Positions 34,030 through 46,721 are shown, numbered from the stretch's first letter. The stretch: DNA of 64,000 nucleotides from Blastocladiella emersonii ATCC 22665 (GCA_025594325.1 JANHCV010000008.1:248001-312000), one strand, 5' to 3'. Program-made: numbers and translations. The notes: a model not told the origin generated them from the letters alone.

Positions 34030-34676
34030 CGCGAGCGTGCGGCACGGAGCGGGCATGTTCAGCAAGTCAAGCGGTGGCCAAAATGGACATTGCATGAAGT
34101 TTACATGAGCGGCGCAAATGCCATGCCTTCATCGAGGGCTAAAGCCCTCTTTTTAGACCGCGTCGCGGCCGGATAGGGTGCCGACGCTCACGTGAGCATG
34201 TCGCCCTCTCGTCATGTGAATGTCCTCGAAACGCGTGACAGACGCGTCGTTTCTCATGTGATCGCTGTGGCGCAACGCGTCCTGGTCTTGCACGTGATCG
34301 GCCTCCGCCCAACCCCCGGAAGCGCGTCGCTTGACGCTGTTCCGCTCGGCCATCGCGGAACGTTTAACGCTTTGCACCGACCCTCGACCAGGCCCGCGAG
34401 ACTCCGAGCACATGAATGCGTGAGAGATGCAGAAGCGCGGTAAACCGCTAACGGAGCCCGTGCTTGGCGTGCGTGTTGGAAAACGTGTGGAAAACGGAGC
34501 CCGTGTTCGGTGCACATCCTTACACGACGCGGTTCACCTGGGAGCCGCTAGCGCAGGCTCGTTGACGTGGGCGCGAGTCCAACGGTTGCACCGAGAACGA
34601 CTTGCGAGGTCCCATGAACGTGAGTTCGAGTGAGGACTGCGAGGTCGAGAGATCCGCTCTTTGAGTTGCGGTCCGT

Positions 34677-35350
34677 TACACGGACGGGTCGCTCCGTGGC
34701 TTGGGTTTGCCAGACGTTGCAGCGGGCGCAGACGTCTTCGTGAGCGGATCGCTGGAACTCGTTGTTCGCGTGGGTGCGGGTCCGCGCAACGCGCTCGCTC
34801 GAGTGGGCCGTGCTCCGCTGGATCATCGCGGCCCGCGAGCTCCAGGTCGAATGGGTCCGTGGCCACGCCGTGAACTTGGAGAATGAGGAGGCCGACGCGC
34901 TCGCCAACAAGGCCTGCCGCGCATCTCCCGCTGTGAATCGCCGTTGCCGTCCGCGCGGACCTCGATGCGCCCTTTACGGCGCGCAGGCGCGGCTGCGACT
35001 TCAACTCTGTCCCGCGACGCGCTCTCAGCCGCCTGCACGACGCGCGACACGACCCGGTGCTCGCTCTGACCGCGTCCGCGTCCGCTGGCATCACGTCCTC
35101 CCTCATCGATGTCCCAGCCCTTGTCACTGCGCTTCGGGGCAGCACGCGCCGCATCTACCCGAGCGAGTCCCTCACCGCGAACTCGCTCCCGTGCCTCCAG
35201 CTCCGCGCGCTCGCAGGCCAGCTGCCGACCCGCGGCTGTTTGCACCAGCTCTGGCCGCACCGCTACGAGTCCCCCAACTGCGCCGAATGCCCAAAAACTG
35301 GCGGCAAGGTCGCCGACACTCAAGCGTACGCGTTTGAGTGCACACTCTTC
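34677..35350 (+). pseudogene. Degenerate LINE-type RNase H plus C-terminal Cys/His (zf-RVT-like) fragment
   Basis: YTDGSL..LG at 34677. After an internal deletion/frameshift: LQVEWVRGHAVNLENEEADALANKA, then LAGQLPT..L..LWPHRY..PNCAEC....DTQAYAFEC. No reverse transcriptase domain. Confidence 0.78.
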
Positions 35351-35755
35351 GCGCGCAATCGTCTCCGCGGCACTGGACGACGTCCGCATCGTAAACGCCC
35401 TCGCGGCGGTCGACAAGGGCTAGATCGGGGGCGAGCTCCGCACCAGCGTCACCGGATCGCTCGCCGAGCGCCCTCTCAACCCAAAACACATGAAACACCG
35501 TGGCCGCCATCGTGGAGGCACCACTCGTCGCGTGGTTCAAACAGCTTTACTGAGACAAACTCATCGATCCACGCCTCGCGCTCCTGCCGCGACGGCCATC
35601 GCCTCGAGCGCCTTGCAGGAGCTTGCTTGGCGCCCTCGCTGCAGCGCGATTGCTGATGCCGCGCCGGTGACACATGACGGTGCCCTGCCGCCACTCAACG
35701 CGAGCGACCAACCGCACCATTCTTTGTTGAAGCGCGCGCATCGCGCAGCAGGGGA

Positions 35756-35944
35756 ACGCGCAAAGCTGCGACGCGCAAAGCTGCGACGCGCAAAGCTGCG
35801 ACGCGCAAAGCTGCGACGCGCAAAGCTGCCACGCGCAAAGCTGCGACGCGCAAAGCTGCGACGCGCAAAGCTGCCACGCGCGAAGCTGCCACGCGCGAAG
35901 CTGCCACGCGCGAAGCTGCCACGCGCGAAGCTGCCACGCGCGAA
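35756..35944 (+). repeat. 15-bp minisatellite, 12 full units plus a partial (ACGCGCRAAGCTGCS)
   Basis: Directly visible. It lies inside the TIR element, 25 bp from its right TIR, and variants are polarised left to right. Confidence 0.97.
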
Positions 35945-36322
35945 ACGGCGCAAGCGCCCAACGTGGCGCGGGCTTTAGCCCTCGATTGAAAACCAGACGC
36001 GAAGCGTCTAGGTGCCTCAAGTATAATATCAGAGAGAGAGTGGGTGGGAGCCGTCGCCGCGCGGCTTTGCGGACGCGTCCGTCACCTCAGCCGCGTCACA
36101 TGATGCGGACGTGATTTTGCGTCGCGTCTCCTGTTCCGCGTTCTGTGTTCTGCGCTCCGCGACCGGCATTGGCGCATGGAAATGTAATAGTACGTTCAGT
36201 CCCAGACCTAGACGCTCAATTTTCAGGCGCGACCCTGGCGTTGAAAGTAGCTGAGCTTGTAAATCAAACATAAATTTGTCACACAGCGACCGACACAGAA
36301 CTCTTTCAAAACAGCAAAGCAC

Positions 36323-38970
36323 TTACTCCGCCGCGGGTGGCTCCTGTGCCTGCGCCTCGACTCCCGCCGGAGCAGAAAAGCCCGCGGCAAGCATGTCGAG
36401 TGTGCCTGCGTGCTGCTCCTTGAACTCATCCCACCCGCGCAGCTCGATCGGGCCAGGAACGAGCGTGAGCAGGTGTCCTCCGCCACGCCGTAGTTTCTCG
36501 GCAAATCTGGCTGCGCGACCCGCGCCCCAAGGCCCGGTCGAGTCCGCGTAGAAGACGGCGGGGCGCCCGGCGCGCGCGTCGATATAGGCCGTTGACGTGA
36601 CGTTGGCGCAAGCGAGCTCGAGGACGACGCGGACGGAACGCGCGAGATCGGGCGCCTGCATAATCTCTCGGGTCGCAGTGGTGGCGCGTTCAGCGAAACT
36701 CGGATCGGCAAACGCAATCGTGTAGGCTGAGCGACTCGACCTGCTGACGGCGAATGCGGAGACGCGGCCGGCTGCAACGCACGCTGGGTACTGTGTCTGG
36801 ACAGCGCGGCTGCCGAGGAGCGGGAGGAACGTGACGAGCGGGTGCGAGTCAAGCATGGTCCGCAGCTCAGTGAGTGACCACCGAGTCCCGCGCAAAGCAC
36901 AATGATCGGACGTGTACTTGCGCTTGCCGGCAAGCGCGAACTGGAGATCGTCGAGTCCTGTGTCCGAGACGGTGCGAGCGAACCAATCAAGAATGCAAGT
37001 CCACTCCGCGCGCTGCATGCGGTTGATTGCGAGCATAACCTGTAGCTTCGGCGTCTCTGCCGGAAGGCCAACGACGCGAGCGCCAAGAGCTTCCGCGAGA
37101 TGGTCGGCAACGCAAGTGAGAACGACAATGAGCCGATGCATACAAGCGAGAGTCGACTGAACAAGCCTCGTTTCCGCGGATTGATGGCAGGTTGTCGCCA
37201 ACCCCATCGCGGTGCCGACCGTCGCCCAAATGGCTTTGTACTCGTCAATTGTGCGTGGGTCGCGCAGAAGGGGCGACAGGTCGATCCCGCTCGTGTCCGT
37301 GATGCCGCACAAGATTTCGGCAAACTGGGTGCGAGTAGCTGAGTCGGCAGGTACGCGTTCGAGGGAGCGAAGCACGGCGAGGGTATAGACCGCGGTTTGC
37401 GCTGCGGCCGGGTGGGCGGCCGCGTTCAGGCAAAGAAGTCGGCCAGCGTCAGCAATGGCGGTATCGGCGGCCCGCGACAGGGTTGCGGTAAGCTCTTTGT
37501 AATCTTTGCGAGTGGCAGCACCCTTCGATTTCTTGCGGCTCCGAGTAGGGACCGAAGCAATTTCGTGGGGCCCATTCACAAGCGTTTGCTGCGGGTCCGC
37601 CATAGCAATCGCAGGTTCAGTCGTTCGGGGCATGTTAAGGCGGCGGCGGCGCTTGGCTGGCTGCGCCGTGGGCGGTGCTGCGGGCGGTGCAACGGGTGGT
37701 GCTGCAATGGAAATTCTCTCGGCGAGATTGAAAGCGGCTGGCACGGGAGGAAGCATGAATGCAGGAGCAGACGTGACGAGCCCGACCAAGTCGGAAAAGG
37801 CCATCGTGACATCCGAGTTCCGAGCCATGGCTGACGGGTACGCGGATTCGGCAGCAGGAGCAAGATCACCCGCAACCGTGTGCTCCGTGCTTTCAGATGC
37901 GAGAGTGAGCGACGCTCCAGAAAGCAACGGGTGTGCAGTAGTGTCCGATGACACGATGCTTGGAAAGCTCGCAGCTGTGGGCGGTATCGGCGGAGCATGG
38001 ACATCGTCGGCGGCACGAGGCTCGATCAGCGGCAACACTTCGGTACTCGCTTCGATGTCGATCGGCCGCCCAAAAGCGAGCCGGAACTCCCGGATAGCCG
38101 TGGACAGTTCGGGTCCTAGCGGATGATGATCTTCGCCAAATCGAGCAAGCCATGGCAAGATCGCTGCGAGGGTCTCGAGCCGGCAATAATCCGACTCGGC
38201 ATCGGCGACAAGTGAGCCAACTGGGTTCGCGCCCGCAGACATGGTCGAGTTCACGGCCTGGACGTTGTTGCACAACGCTTGAAGAACGCGATGGAAGCTC
38301 GCAGCCCCGGTTGCCTGCACCCGTGGCTCGATGAAATGAACAGACGGAGTACCGCCAACTGTCGCTCGAAGGGCATAATGTAAGAGTTCATCGACTGCGT
38401 CCGCGGAGTGGTGGCCTGCAGTCAACACGCGGAACGATAAATCGCCGCCGCCGCCACCGGGCTCGCGATGGATGCTGACGAGCGAAAATGCTACGAACGT
38501 GTCGTATAAGCTTGGCAGGACGATGAGGTCAGGCGCTTTGCGGAAGCAGTCGGCGAACCAAGAAGCGAGCGCGTTGCGGGCATCGAATTTTGGGGCAGGG
38601 GGCCGAGAAGTACAACTTTGGCGATCGGAGATGGCCGTCTCAACGAGGCTGACCGGCGCGACAAGAACCCGGCCACGAGCGTGCGCAGGAACCGAAGCAA
38701 CGATCGCGTTGAAAATGAGATCGGCAAGAGCCGGGGTAAGCTTGCACATCGAGGCTTCGGGACTCAAAAAGAATGAAGCGCGACAGAGTCGATCGTAGCA
38801 CATGTACTGCTCGAAGAGAACACGGCAGGAGCGCCATGGTGCGCAGCGAGTAAGTCGACGATCGCCCGTGCGACCTCAAATCCGACTGTGTGCACGTTTT
38901 CATAGGGAGCAAGTCAGAACCGCGTCTTAGCGCATTTTGCATGAAGTTACATACGCGACGCCGTCGCCAT
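36323..38970 (-). CDS. Family B copy B4 (N-domain plus C-domain in one long exon); 1-bp frameshift in an A5 run at 38766-38770
   Basis: Exon 1 38970-38955, intron 38954-38886. SVALHSF is one base out of frame with FLSPEA of the 826-aa ORF. Real lesion or homopolymer sequencing error cannot be distinguished. Confidence 0.78.
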
Positions 38971-39336
38971 GATGCCGTGTTACATTGGTCGCAAAGGAGA
39001 GGGGTAACGAGCGCGGCGAAACGACGCGGTTCTCACGCCCGCCACCCTCACGTGGGCGTCACATGATAGATCGACGCGTCTCGCGCGCTACACGTCCCGC
39101 CGGCTGACTGAGCAGCTCAAACATCAGAGTCGATAAGAAGAAAATAAGCCGAATTTGCGTTGAGCCGGCAGCGCTAGGGCTGGGAACCAACAACCTGCGT
39201 CGCAGGCTGTCAGTCTAAATGACACTGGCGTGATTGATCAACACGTCTCGCCCAGTGCTTCTCGCGTTTATTCAATCACAAATGTTGATATTCAACGCTC
39301 AAAAGACATACATAACTCGACCTTGCTGTCCTGCGC

Positions 39337-42300
39337 CTACTCAGCACTGCGCTCGTCCACAACAGGTGCGTCCTCTTTTGTCTCCTCACCTCCCGCCGAC
39401 GTCGATTGCGAACCGCCCCTCAAAATGAACTCGAATGCGGCCGCGTGGAGCTCTTTGAAGTCGGACCATCCGCGCAACTCGATGGTACCGGGCGCAAGCT
39501 GGATTTTGTGATTGGCCTTGTACACTCGTTTGGTAATGCCCGCAGCGCCAGTCCCGTCCTCCTGCCCGGGCAAGTTGGCGTCCATGACCACGGCGTTGTC
39601 GGCCGCGACGTTAAGAACAGCCGACGACGCGATATTCGCACACGCAAACTCGAGAACAACTCGGATAGCGGGTACGATACCGGGCGTAAGAGCGACATCG
39701 CGCGACGCGGTGACGGCGCGCTCCGAAAGCAACGGATCTGTGAATGCAATGACGAACGCGGCGCGGCTAGGCTGTGCGAGGACGCCCGATACGACGTAGC
39801 CGGCAGCAGCACACTCCGGGTACTGCTTGATGATCGGGTTGCGTCCAAGAAGCGGAAGAAACACGGTGAGTGGATGTGCGTCGAGAGCAAGGCGCATGTC
39901 GGCGAGGCCGCAGCGTGTGCCAAAGGTTTTGGTCGCGGATTTCGGGCCCTTTGAATTCTTGAAGTGCAGATCGGCCAGCCCGTGCGGCGAGACAGTCTCC
40001 GAAAACCAAGCAATCGCGCGATTCCATTCGGCCCGCTTGAGTAGATTGACGGCGAGCATGACCTGCAGCTTGGGAGTGCCGGGCGGGATCGTGACGGCTG
40101 AAACGTTGAGCGCCGCGGGAAGATTGTCGGCAATACAAGCGAGGACAACAAGAAGACGGTGCATGCACACCAATGTCGTCTTGATCGCGGTACTCTCAAC
40201 CCTGCAGTGCGTGAGCGATGTATCACCCGTCGCCGTCCCAACTGTGGTCCACAGCTGCTTGTACGCGTCAATGGAACGCGTCTCGCGGAGCAGCGGTGAA
40301 AGGTCGACACAGCTCGTGTCCGAGTAACCGCACAGGATTTGCGCAAACTGGCGGCGGGTAACGGGATTGTCAAGGACGCGGTCAAGCGCGCGGAGCACTG
40401 TAAGCGTGTAGACGGCATTGTGAGGCGACGTTGGGTGCGCGGTTGGGCAAAGACAAAGCAGTCGCGCAGCGTCAGCAGACACAGACTCGACTGCCTGAGT
40501 GACGGTCTCAAAGTGCCCAGCTGTGTTTGGCGACGAGGCTGAGGCCACGGAGCGGAGCAAGCTGTCGTCCACTGACGCGGAGTGTGTGTCGGCCACAGCA
40601 CGTTGGTCCAAATCGGTGCTGGGTACAGCGGCCGACTCAACTGAAAGCGACGGCTGAGCCAAGGCGCGGGTCATGACGCGATTGCGATCCAGAAGTAATG
40701 TCGACGCATGAGGAGGGTCGAAGGGTATCTGCTCCAGCTCAGATTCGTGAAGTCGAGGGCGCTTGGATGCCCGTTCGCTGTTTGGCGGAACGACTGCAGG
40801 ACGACGCGTCGGCGGAGCGAGTGACATGGCGCTGGCGGGTTGAGTATCTACCGAGGCTGGCTGCGTTGAATCCTGTGCCGCAGCAATCGCAGTGTGTGAA
40901 TCAGTACCTCGAAGCAGTGGTCCCAGCGTCGTAGCTGTAGCCGCAGGCTGGACAGCAGGCAGCGGGTTGGCACTGAGCCGCCAGGCGGAAGTTACCGCGG
41001 AAATGGCGGGTTTGCGCAGCTGAGTCGTCGGCGATGGCAGAACGGGAGCAAAGTTCAAGTCCTGCGAAGCTTGAGAGGGGCTAGGAATCATTGGCATAGG
41101 ATTCCCTTGGGTCGGTGCGGCAGTCGCATCAACGCTACTCGTCTGCATGGCTGGCTGATTGCGAACGGCAAGCGAGCCGGCGTAATGAGGCACTAAGCGC
41201 AGATGCTGTCGATGATATAGAGTGTTGTACTTCGCGGGCGGATACGGCTACCGATGATAGGTCAAGTCAGCCCCGCAATGTAAGCAATCGCGTTTGACTC
41301 GAGCGTACCCAGTTGGCGAGAGCTTGAGATGAGGGGAACGAAGTAGACGCTGGCCCTCCAGCCTGCGAAGCCAAGTGCGATGCAAGAAACGGGTTGCACT
41401 GGTAGAAGCTGCCCGAACGAGCCGATTGATAATCATCGAGTGCTGAGACAGCACCGTTCAGCGAGAGATGCGATGAGGCAGCCGGATCATACGCGGGAAC
41501 ATGGGCGTCGGGCAGCGGATTCGATGGCGCTGCCAACTGCGTCGTTGTGGAGTCTGAAGCAGATGCGCGACGGTCTGAGGCCACATTGAGGTTCGGCAGC
41601 CCCGTATTAACGCGGTCAAACGCAGCCAAACCAGTGTTGCTGTCAACTGGACTCGTGAAGGGGGTGATCGAGGCCATGCACGCCCGACCACTGCTGTCGC
41701 GTAAGAAGAGTCGCGTCAAACGACCGTCATCGGCCTTCCACGCACGGAAATCACTGACAACCGGATCCGACCGCGCAGCAGCCAGAATGTAGTCAGCGAT
41801 CCGCTCCGCAGGCGCTGCAGTTGCGCACGTGGCGCTGATAGCGCTGGCTGCAGGTTGAAGCAGGCCAACTCGATCGGAAGCGAGCTCGCTGGACTCGGAA
41901 CGCGGTGCGACGTGGGGCTCAGCAGCAGCAGGAGCAGAAGCGCAACCTCCGCCATCGTCTGCGAGGACGAGTGGGTCAAGGTCAGCTCATCGAAGGTTGG
42001 CGCGGATCAGGGAGGGAGCAAGAGCCGTACCGCTAAGAGTTTTGTACATGTCAGAGTCCAACGACGCCGTGCCAGTCGAGTTACCACCCGTGGAAGTGGT
42101 CGGAACTTCAATTGCGTGAACGCCGAGCAACTCGCTCACTTTCGCCGCGAGCTGCACATCAAGTGGCCGAACCCGCACAGCGAACTCGACAAGCCGAGGA
42201 AGAATTGCAACAAAGGCCTCGATTCGCTGGTCCAGCGCTATGTCGTTCAATCCAAGCGTTTGAAGCGGGTCCTCGCCCGCGTATATGGCCGAGTGCACCG

Positions 42301-43002
42301 ACTCCACGTCCTTGCACAACCTGCGAAGCTCGCAATAGAACCCGGCCGCGTCCGTCCACGACTTTCGAGGTTCCATGAAGTAAGCAGCCGGTTCCCCGTC
42401 GACTGCGGTTCCAAGTACACCGCGCAAGAAGTCGTCGAAATTGCTCTCGGTCGGGTGCCCCGCGCGGAACACGCAAAAGTCCGTCTCCACAGCACCAGAT
42501 TCGCGGTGAAGGCTCACTAGAGTGAGAGCAGCGCGATTATCGTGCACGCATGGGAACACGATGAGGTCGGGCGCGTCGCGTACAGCATCCGCGAACAAGC
42601 GAGCAAGCGGGGCCGGTTCGTGCAAGTCGGTGGAACCGGGTTGGACATCATTGTTGCGAAAAACAGCAAACGCGCGCTCGAGAAGGTTCACTGGAGCGAC
42701 AAGGATGCGCTTGCTGAGGTGCCGAGGCAAACAAGCGATGACCGCCTGCGCGAGCAGCTCAGCAAGTGCTGGGTCAAGGGCGCAAGTCGGACTCAGGAAT
42801 CCATGAAGAGGGGCTGATTCGACTGTGCTACCGGTCGTGGTCGAGCTAAAGACAACGGGCGAGGCATGGTGCCTGGCAAGCAGGTCGACGAGGGTGACCG
42901 CCGACTCCACTTTGAGGACGCGAGCATAATACAAGAAGGCGGATGTCAGCTGACGTCCAAGACAGATAATGCATGTAGTTACATACGCGAGAAGGTCGTC
43001 AT
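39337..43002 (-). CDS. Family B copy B5, multi-exon, probably intact
   Basis: Exon 1 43002-42987, intron 42986-42910. N-domain ORF 41987..43075, X-domain exon (FRAWKADDGRLTRLFLRDSSGRAC), C-domain ORF 39337..41193. The junctions I checked are phase-compatible. Confidence 0.8.
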
Positions 43003-43324
43003 GGTCATGGATTGCATTGGGGGACGGGAGAAGTGAGCTCGGTTCCGGCGTGCGAATCAAGGAAGCCACGACCACGTGACACCATTCGAGATGAGCGTCG
43101 CGTCCGCAGGGAACCCTGCCTGGTGCCGTGTCCCCGGCTCTGTTCTCGACAAGTGCAAGCCTCCTTCGTCAAGCTAAACACCTCATGCTTGCTTGCCGCC
43201 GCGAACAACTTTCGCTACCAACGTTTAGTTCGACTGTTTCAGAGTGAAAACCAGAGTTGATGTATACATGGATCTCACCGCCCCAATTCGAGCACGCGCT
43301 TTGCCGCTGGAGTGGTTCCGCCGC

Positions 43325-46300
43325 TCACAGCGCGTCCGCGATGGTCTCCTCGCCCGCCGCCTCGTCGGCGCGCGCACCGTAGGCACCGCCGCTCGCGATC
43401 ACGTCAAATGTGGCCGCGTGACGCTCCTTGAAATCTTCCCATCCACGCAGCTCGATCGGGCCGAGTGAAATCTTGAATCGGCCGCTACCAGCAATCTGGA
43501 CCCGCACCTGAAGCTCCGTTGGGTCACTTTCTTCACCTTGGCCAAGCGAGTCTGCATGAACAAGCCCGACGCGCCCAGTCATGACATCAAGCGTGTACGG
43601 GCGCTTTACGTTGGCGCAAACCAGTTCAAGAACGACGCGGATGCAGGGCGCGAGCTCGGGTACCTGCAGAATCTCGCGGGTCGCCGCGATGGCGCGTTCG
43701 GCGAAAGCGGGATCAGCAAACGCGATGATGAAGGAGGCGCGACTTGAATGCGAAAGGACGCTTCCCGCGACACGGCCAACAGCCGTGCACTCGGGATACT
43801 GCTTGACAATGCGGTGCTGGTCGAGAAAGGACAGGAACATGGCAAGCGGGTGCGCATCGAGCGCGCTGCGCAAAATGGTCGCAGCACGTCAGGTGCCGTG
43901 ACGCCGAGTACCATTAGCCGCCTCCTCCTCTTGCGCCCGTGCCCCATTTGAAGCCAGGTCGGCAAGCCCGACAGACGAGACGGTCGCTGCGAACCAGGAG
44001 AGAACATGGGCCCACTTGGAATGCCACAGGTGGTAAATGGCGACCATAACCTCAAGTTTGGTCGTGCCGGGCGGGACATCCACACAGTCAACTCCGAACA
44101 CCACAGCGAGATGGTCTGCCGCACATGCGAGAACGACAACCAGCCGGTGAATACTCACGAGAATCGTCCGGGTCAGCGTCCACTCGAATCTGTGGTTATA
44201 GGCAAGCTCTGAGCCTGTTGCCACGCCCACCGTCGCCCAAATGTGCCTGTACTCGTCAGTTGATCGTCTCTCGCTGAGAAGAGGTACGAGATCGAGGTCG
44301 CGCGTGTCGGAAATGCCGCACAGCAGCTCGGAAAACTGGCGACGCGCAACAGGGTCGTCGAAGATGCGGTCGAGAGCACGCAGAACGGTGAGAGTAAAGA
44401 CGGCCACGCGAGGCGCGGCATCGTGCTTATCTGGACACAAGCAAAGCAGGCGTGCGAATTCGACTGCGATAGAGTCCGCATCCGGCGCCAAGACTGCCCA
44501 TTTCCTACTGCGGTCAGATTGACCAGCTGGGGATCAAGCTGGGCCTGAGAGAGAACCTGATTCCGAGTTCGTTTCGCTGGTCGAGTCAACGCGGGCAGAG
44601 CGTCCGCAGGTCGGCGCGTCGGTGGAGCGAGTGCGACTTCGCCCGCTGGCTGATGGTCGGGCGGCGGTACGCGAAGGCGGATGCGTATCCGAGGAACCGA
44701 GGTCGGCGGCGTCACCGCTGGAGGGCCAGATGCAGACGCAAGCGGTACCGTCGAGGTCGGCGTAGCGGGCGAAGGTGCCGGAGGCGAAGCATTTGGAGCC
44801 GATGACGACAGAGGAGGTACGACAACAGGCGACTGCAGTGGTAGAAGCGAGTCGCAAAGCTGTTGAGTTGTCGCGTTGGCAGCGGGCGGAACCGAGCGAT
44901 TTAAGCTCGTAGCGACGGTCCGAGATGACCCGTGCGTTAGCGTCGTAGTACCAGAGAAGGAGTTCGCTAGCGGCGGAGAAATCGGGGTCGGAAAACCGTT
45001 GGTCACGGCGCCATCGATGAACAAGGGAGGGTTCGAATGGACGAGCTGCATCGGATGTTGCGGATAATAGTTCATGCAGTAGAACGCGCCCTGATTGGGA
45101 TGGTATGCTGTGTGAGCAAGCTAAACAGCACCGTTCGTGTCAGCAAAAGAACAATACCCGCGGTCAGTCTCCGGTCGTACCCATGGTGCAATCGGTGCGG
45201 GCCACGGCAAGGGCGGCGACGGCAAGAACCCGCTGAAAAGGTGCGTGTGCACTGGTGAATTGCCTGTATTCGGAGAGGTGGATGGGACAGCGGCAGCTGC
45301 GTACGGGTACCCGTGGTACTGATAGCCGTACGAGAAAGCAGTATACTGCGCTTGGCCGTGATAATAGTGGCCATGCGCGACAGGAAGCTGGTGGATCATG
45401 AGCGTGACGGGAGCAAATCCACGCTGAGCCGAACGCACGGCGGGTGTGATTCCCGTCGAAACCCCTGCATGAGATGGAGCGGCATGGGTTGAAGAGACTG
45501 GGAGAGTAGGCGGCGGGGCGAGGGTATGACTGGCTGATTGCTGGGTCTAATCAAAAATCGGGTCAGCAGACGCTCATGTATCAGGGAAACGATTGAGGTG
45601 AGACACGCACGTTCCCAGGAACGACGCGGGCCGTGCTCCAATCGAAGGAAGAATCAAGCGAGGTGGCAGTTACGGCGCAGGTTCGGCCGAAATTATCGCG
45701 CAGAAGCACTTGGAGGGGAGGTCGCGCCAATAACGCTCAAATCCGAACGACTAGTTGGATGCGTACCCTCGAGCGGCAGGACGCGGGAATATATAGCCGG
45801 CTCCAAGCATCTGCTGACCTGAGCCCCGAGCTTACTCACCGCATCAGCAAGCTCAGGTCCAAGGGGTCGACGTCGCTCGGCAAACTCAACGAGCCGTGGA
45901 AGCACCGCGCAAGCTGCATCCGAGCGCCACGCATCCGACTGTTCGCCAAGCACAATCGCGTCAAGCGGATCCTCGCCCCGCGTACATGGCCAAGTGGACC
46001 GCCTCGACGCTCTCGCACACGAGCCGAAGCGCGCGATGGAACCCGGCCGCGTCCACCCAATCCGGCCGCGCGCCGATGAAAAGGACTGCTGGTTCGTCGC
46101 ATCCCGTCGCCGCTGCAATCAAGTCACGCAGAAATTCATCGCCGGTGCCGTCCAACGGGCGGCCCGCGCGGAACACGCAGAACCCAGTCTCGTCGTCATC
46201 GGGCTCGCGGTGAAAGCTGACGATGGTGACGGCGGCGCGGTTCTGCCGCACGCAAGGGAACAAGGTAAGGTCGCGTGAGTCGCGCAGGCAATCCGTGAAC

Positions 46301-46721
46301 CAGTGCGTGAGTTCGCTCGACGCGTGTGCCGCGGCAGCAGCAGCAGCAGCAGCAGCATCGGGTCGAGAAGTGCCCGAGGTTGAATAGACAAACACATTCT
46401 CGAGCGAGTTGACCGGAGCGACCAAGACGCGCTCGCGAACGTGCATCGGGAGCGAGGCGACCACCGATTGGGCGAGAAGCCGGTGTAAGCGTACAACCGG
46501 TGCCCAAGAAGGCGTGGAGCGCGTCGAAATTGACCAGGGCGCCGGTTCCTGGCAAGGCATACAGTTTGTGCGAGCCATGATGCGCCGCGAGCAAGTGCAC
46601 GACGGAATGCGCTGACTCCACTTTGACGTTGGCGGCGGCAGCGCGGTGCACATAGCGAGCAAGTTAGGCACAGACTCGTCCAGCCGTTTGCATGCAGTTA
46701 CATACGCGAGGGGCTCGCCAT
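43325..46721 (-). pseudogene. Family B copy B6, multiple lesions
   Basis: Exon 1 46721-46706, intron 46705-46621. About 11-bp deletion at ~46480, +1 in a C run at 45976-45979, and an in-frame TGA at 43889-43891 within a ~15-bp insertion. Confidence 0.82.

Larger units (their letters stand above)
34136..35981 (+). mobile_element. Unclassified non-autonomous TIR element (1846 bp) carrying a non-LTR retrotransposon 3' fragment
   Basis: TCGA|GGGCTAAAGCCC at 34132-34147 and GGGCTTTAGCCC|TCGA at 35970-35985. Second near-identical copy at 9242-10180. Inserted 7 bp upstream of the ancestral B3 ATG. Confidence 0.88.

Noticed and set aside
35490-35978. ORF with RAKLR x12 as a pentapeptide-repeat protein, or the repeat as a CRISPR array
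   Set aside because: Units are near-identical at DNA level, all frames on both strands are open and there are no unique spacers. It is a subterminal minisatellite of the TIR element.
43070-43106. Bipartite promoter motif upstream of B5
   Set aside because: Both halves are recognisable (CACGTG and CGCGTCC), but the spacer is much longer than 8 bp, so it was not counted as a conforming copy.
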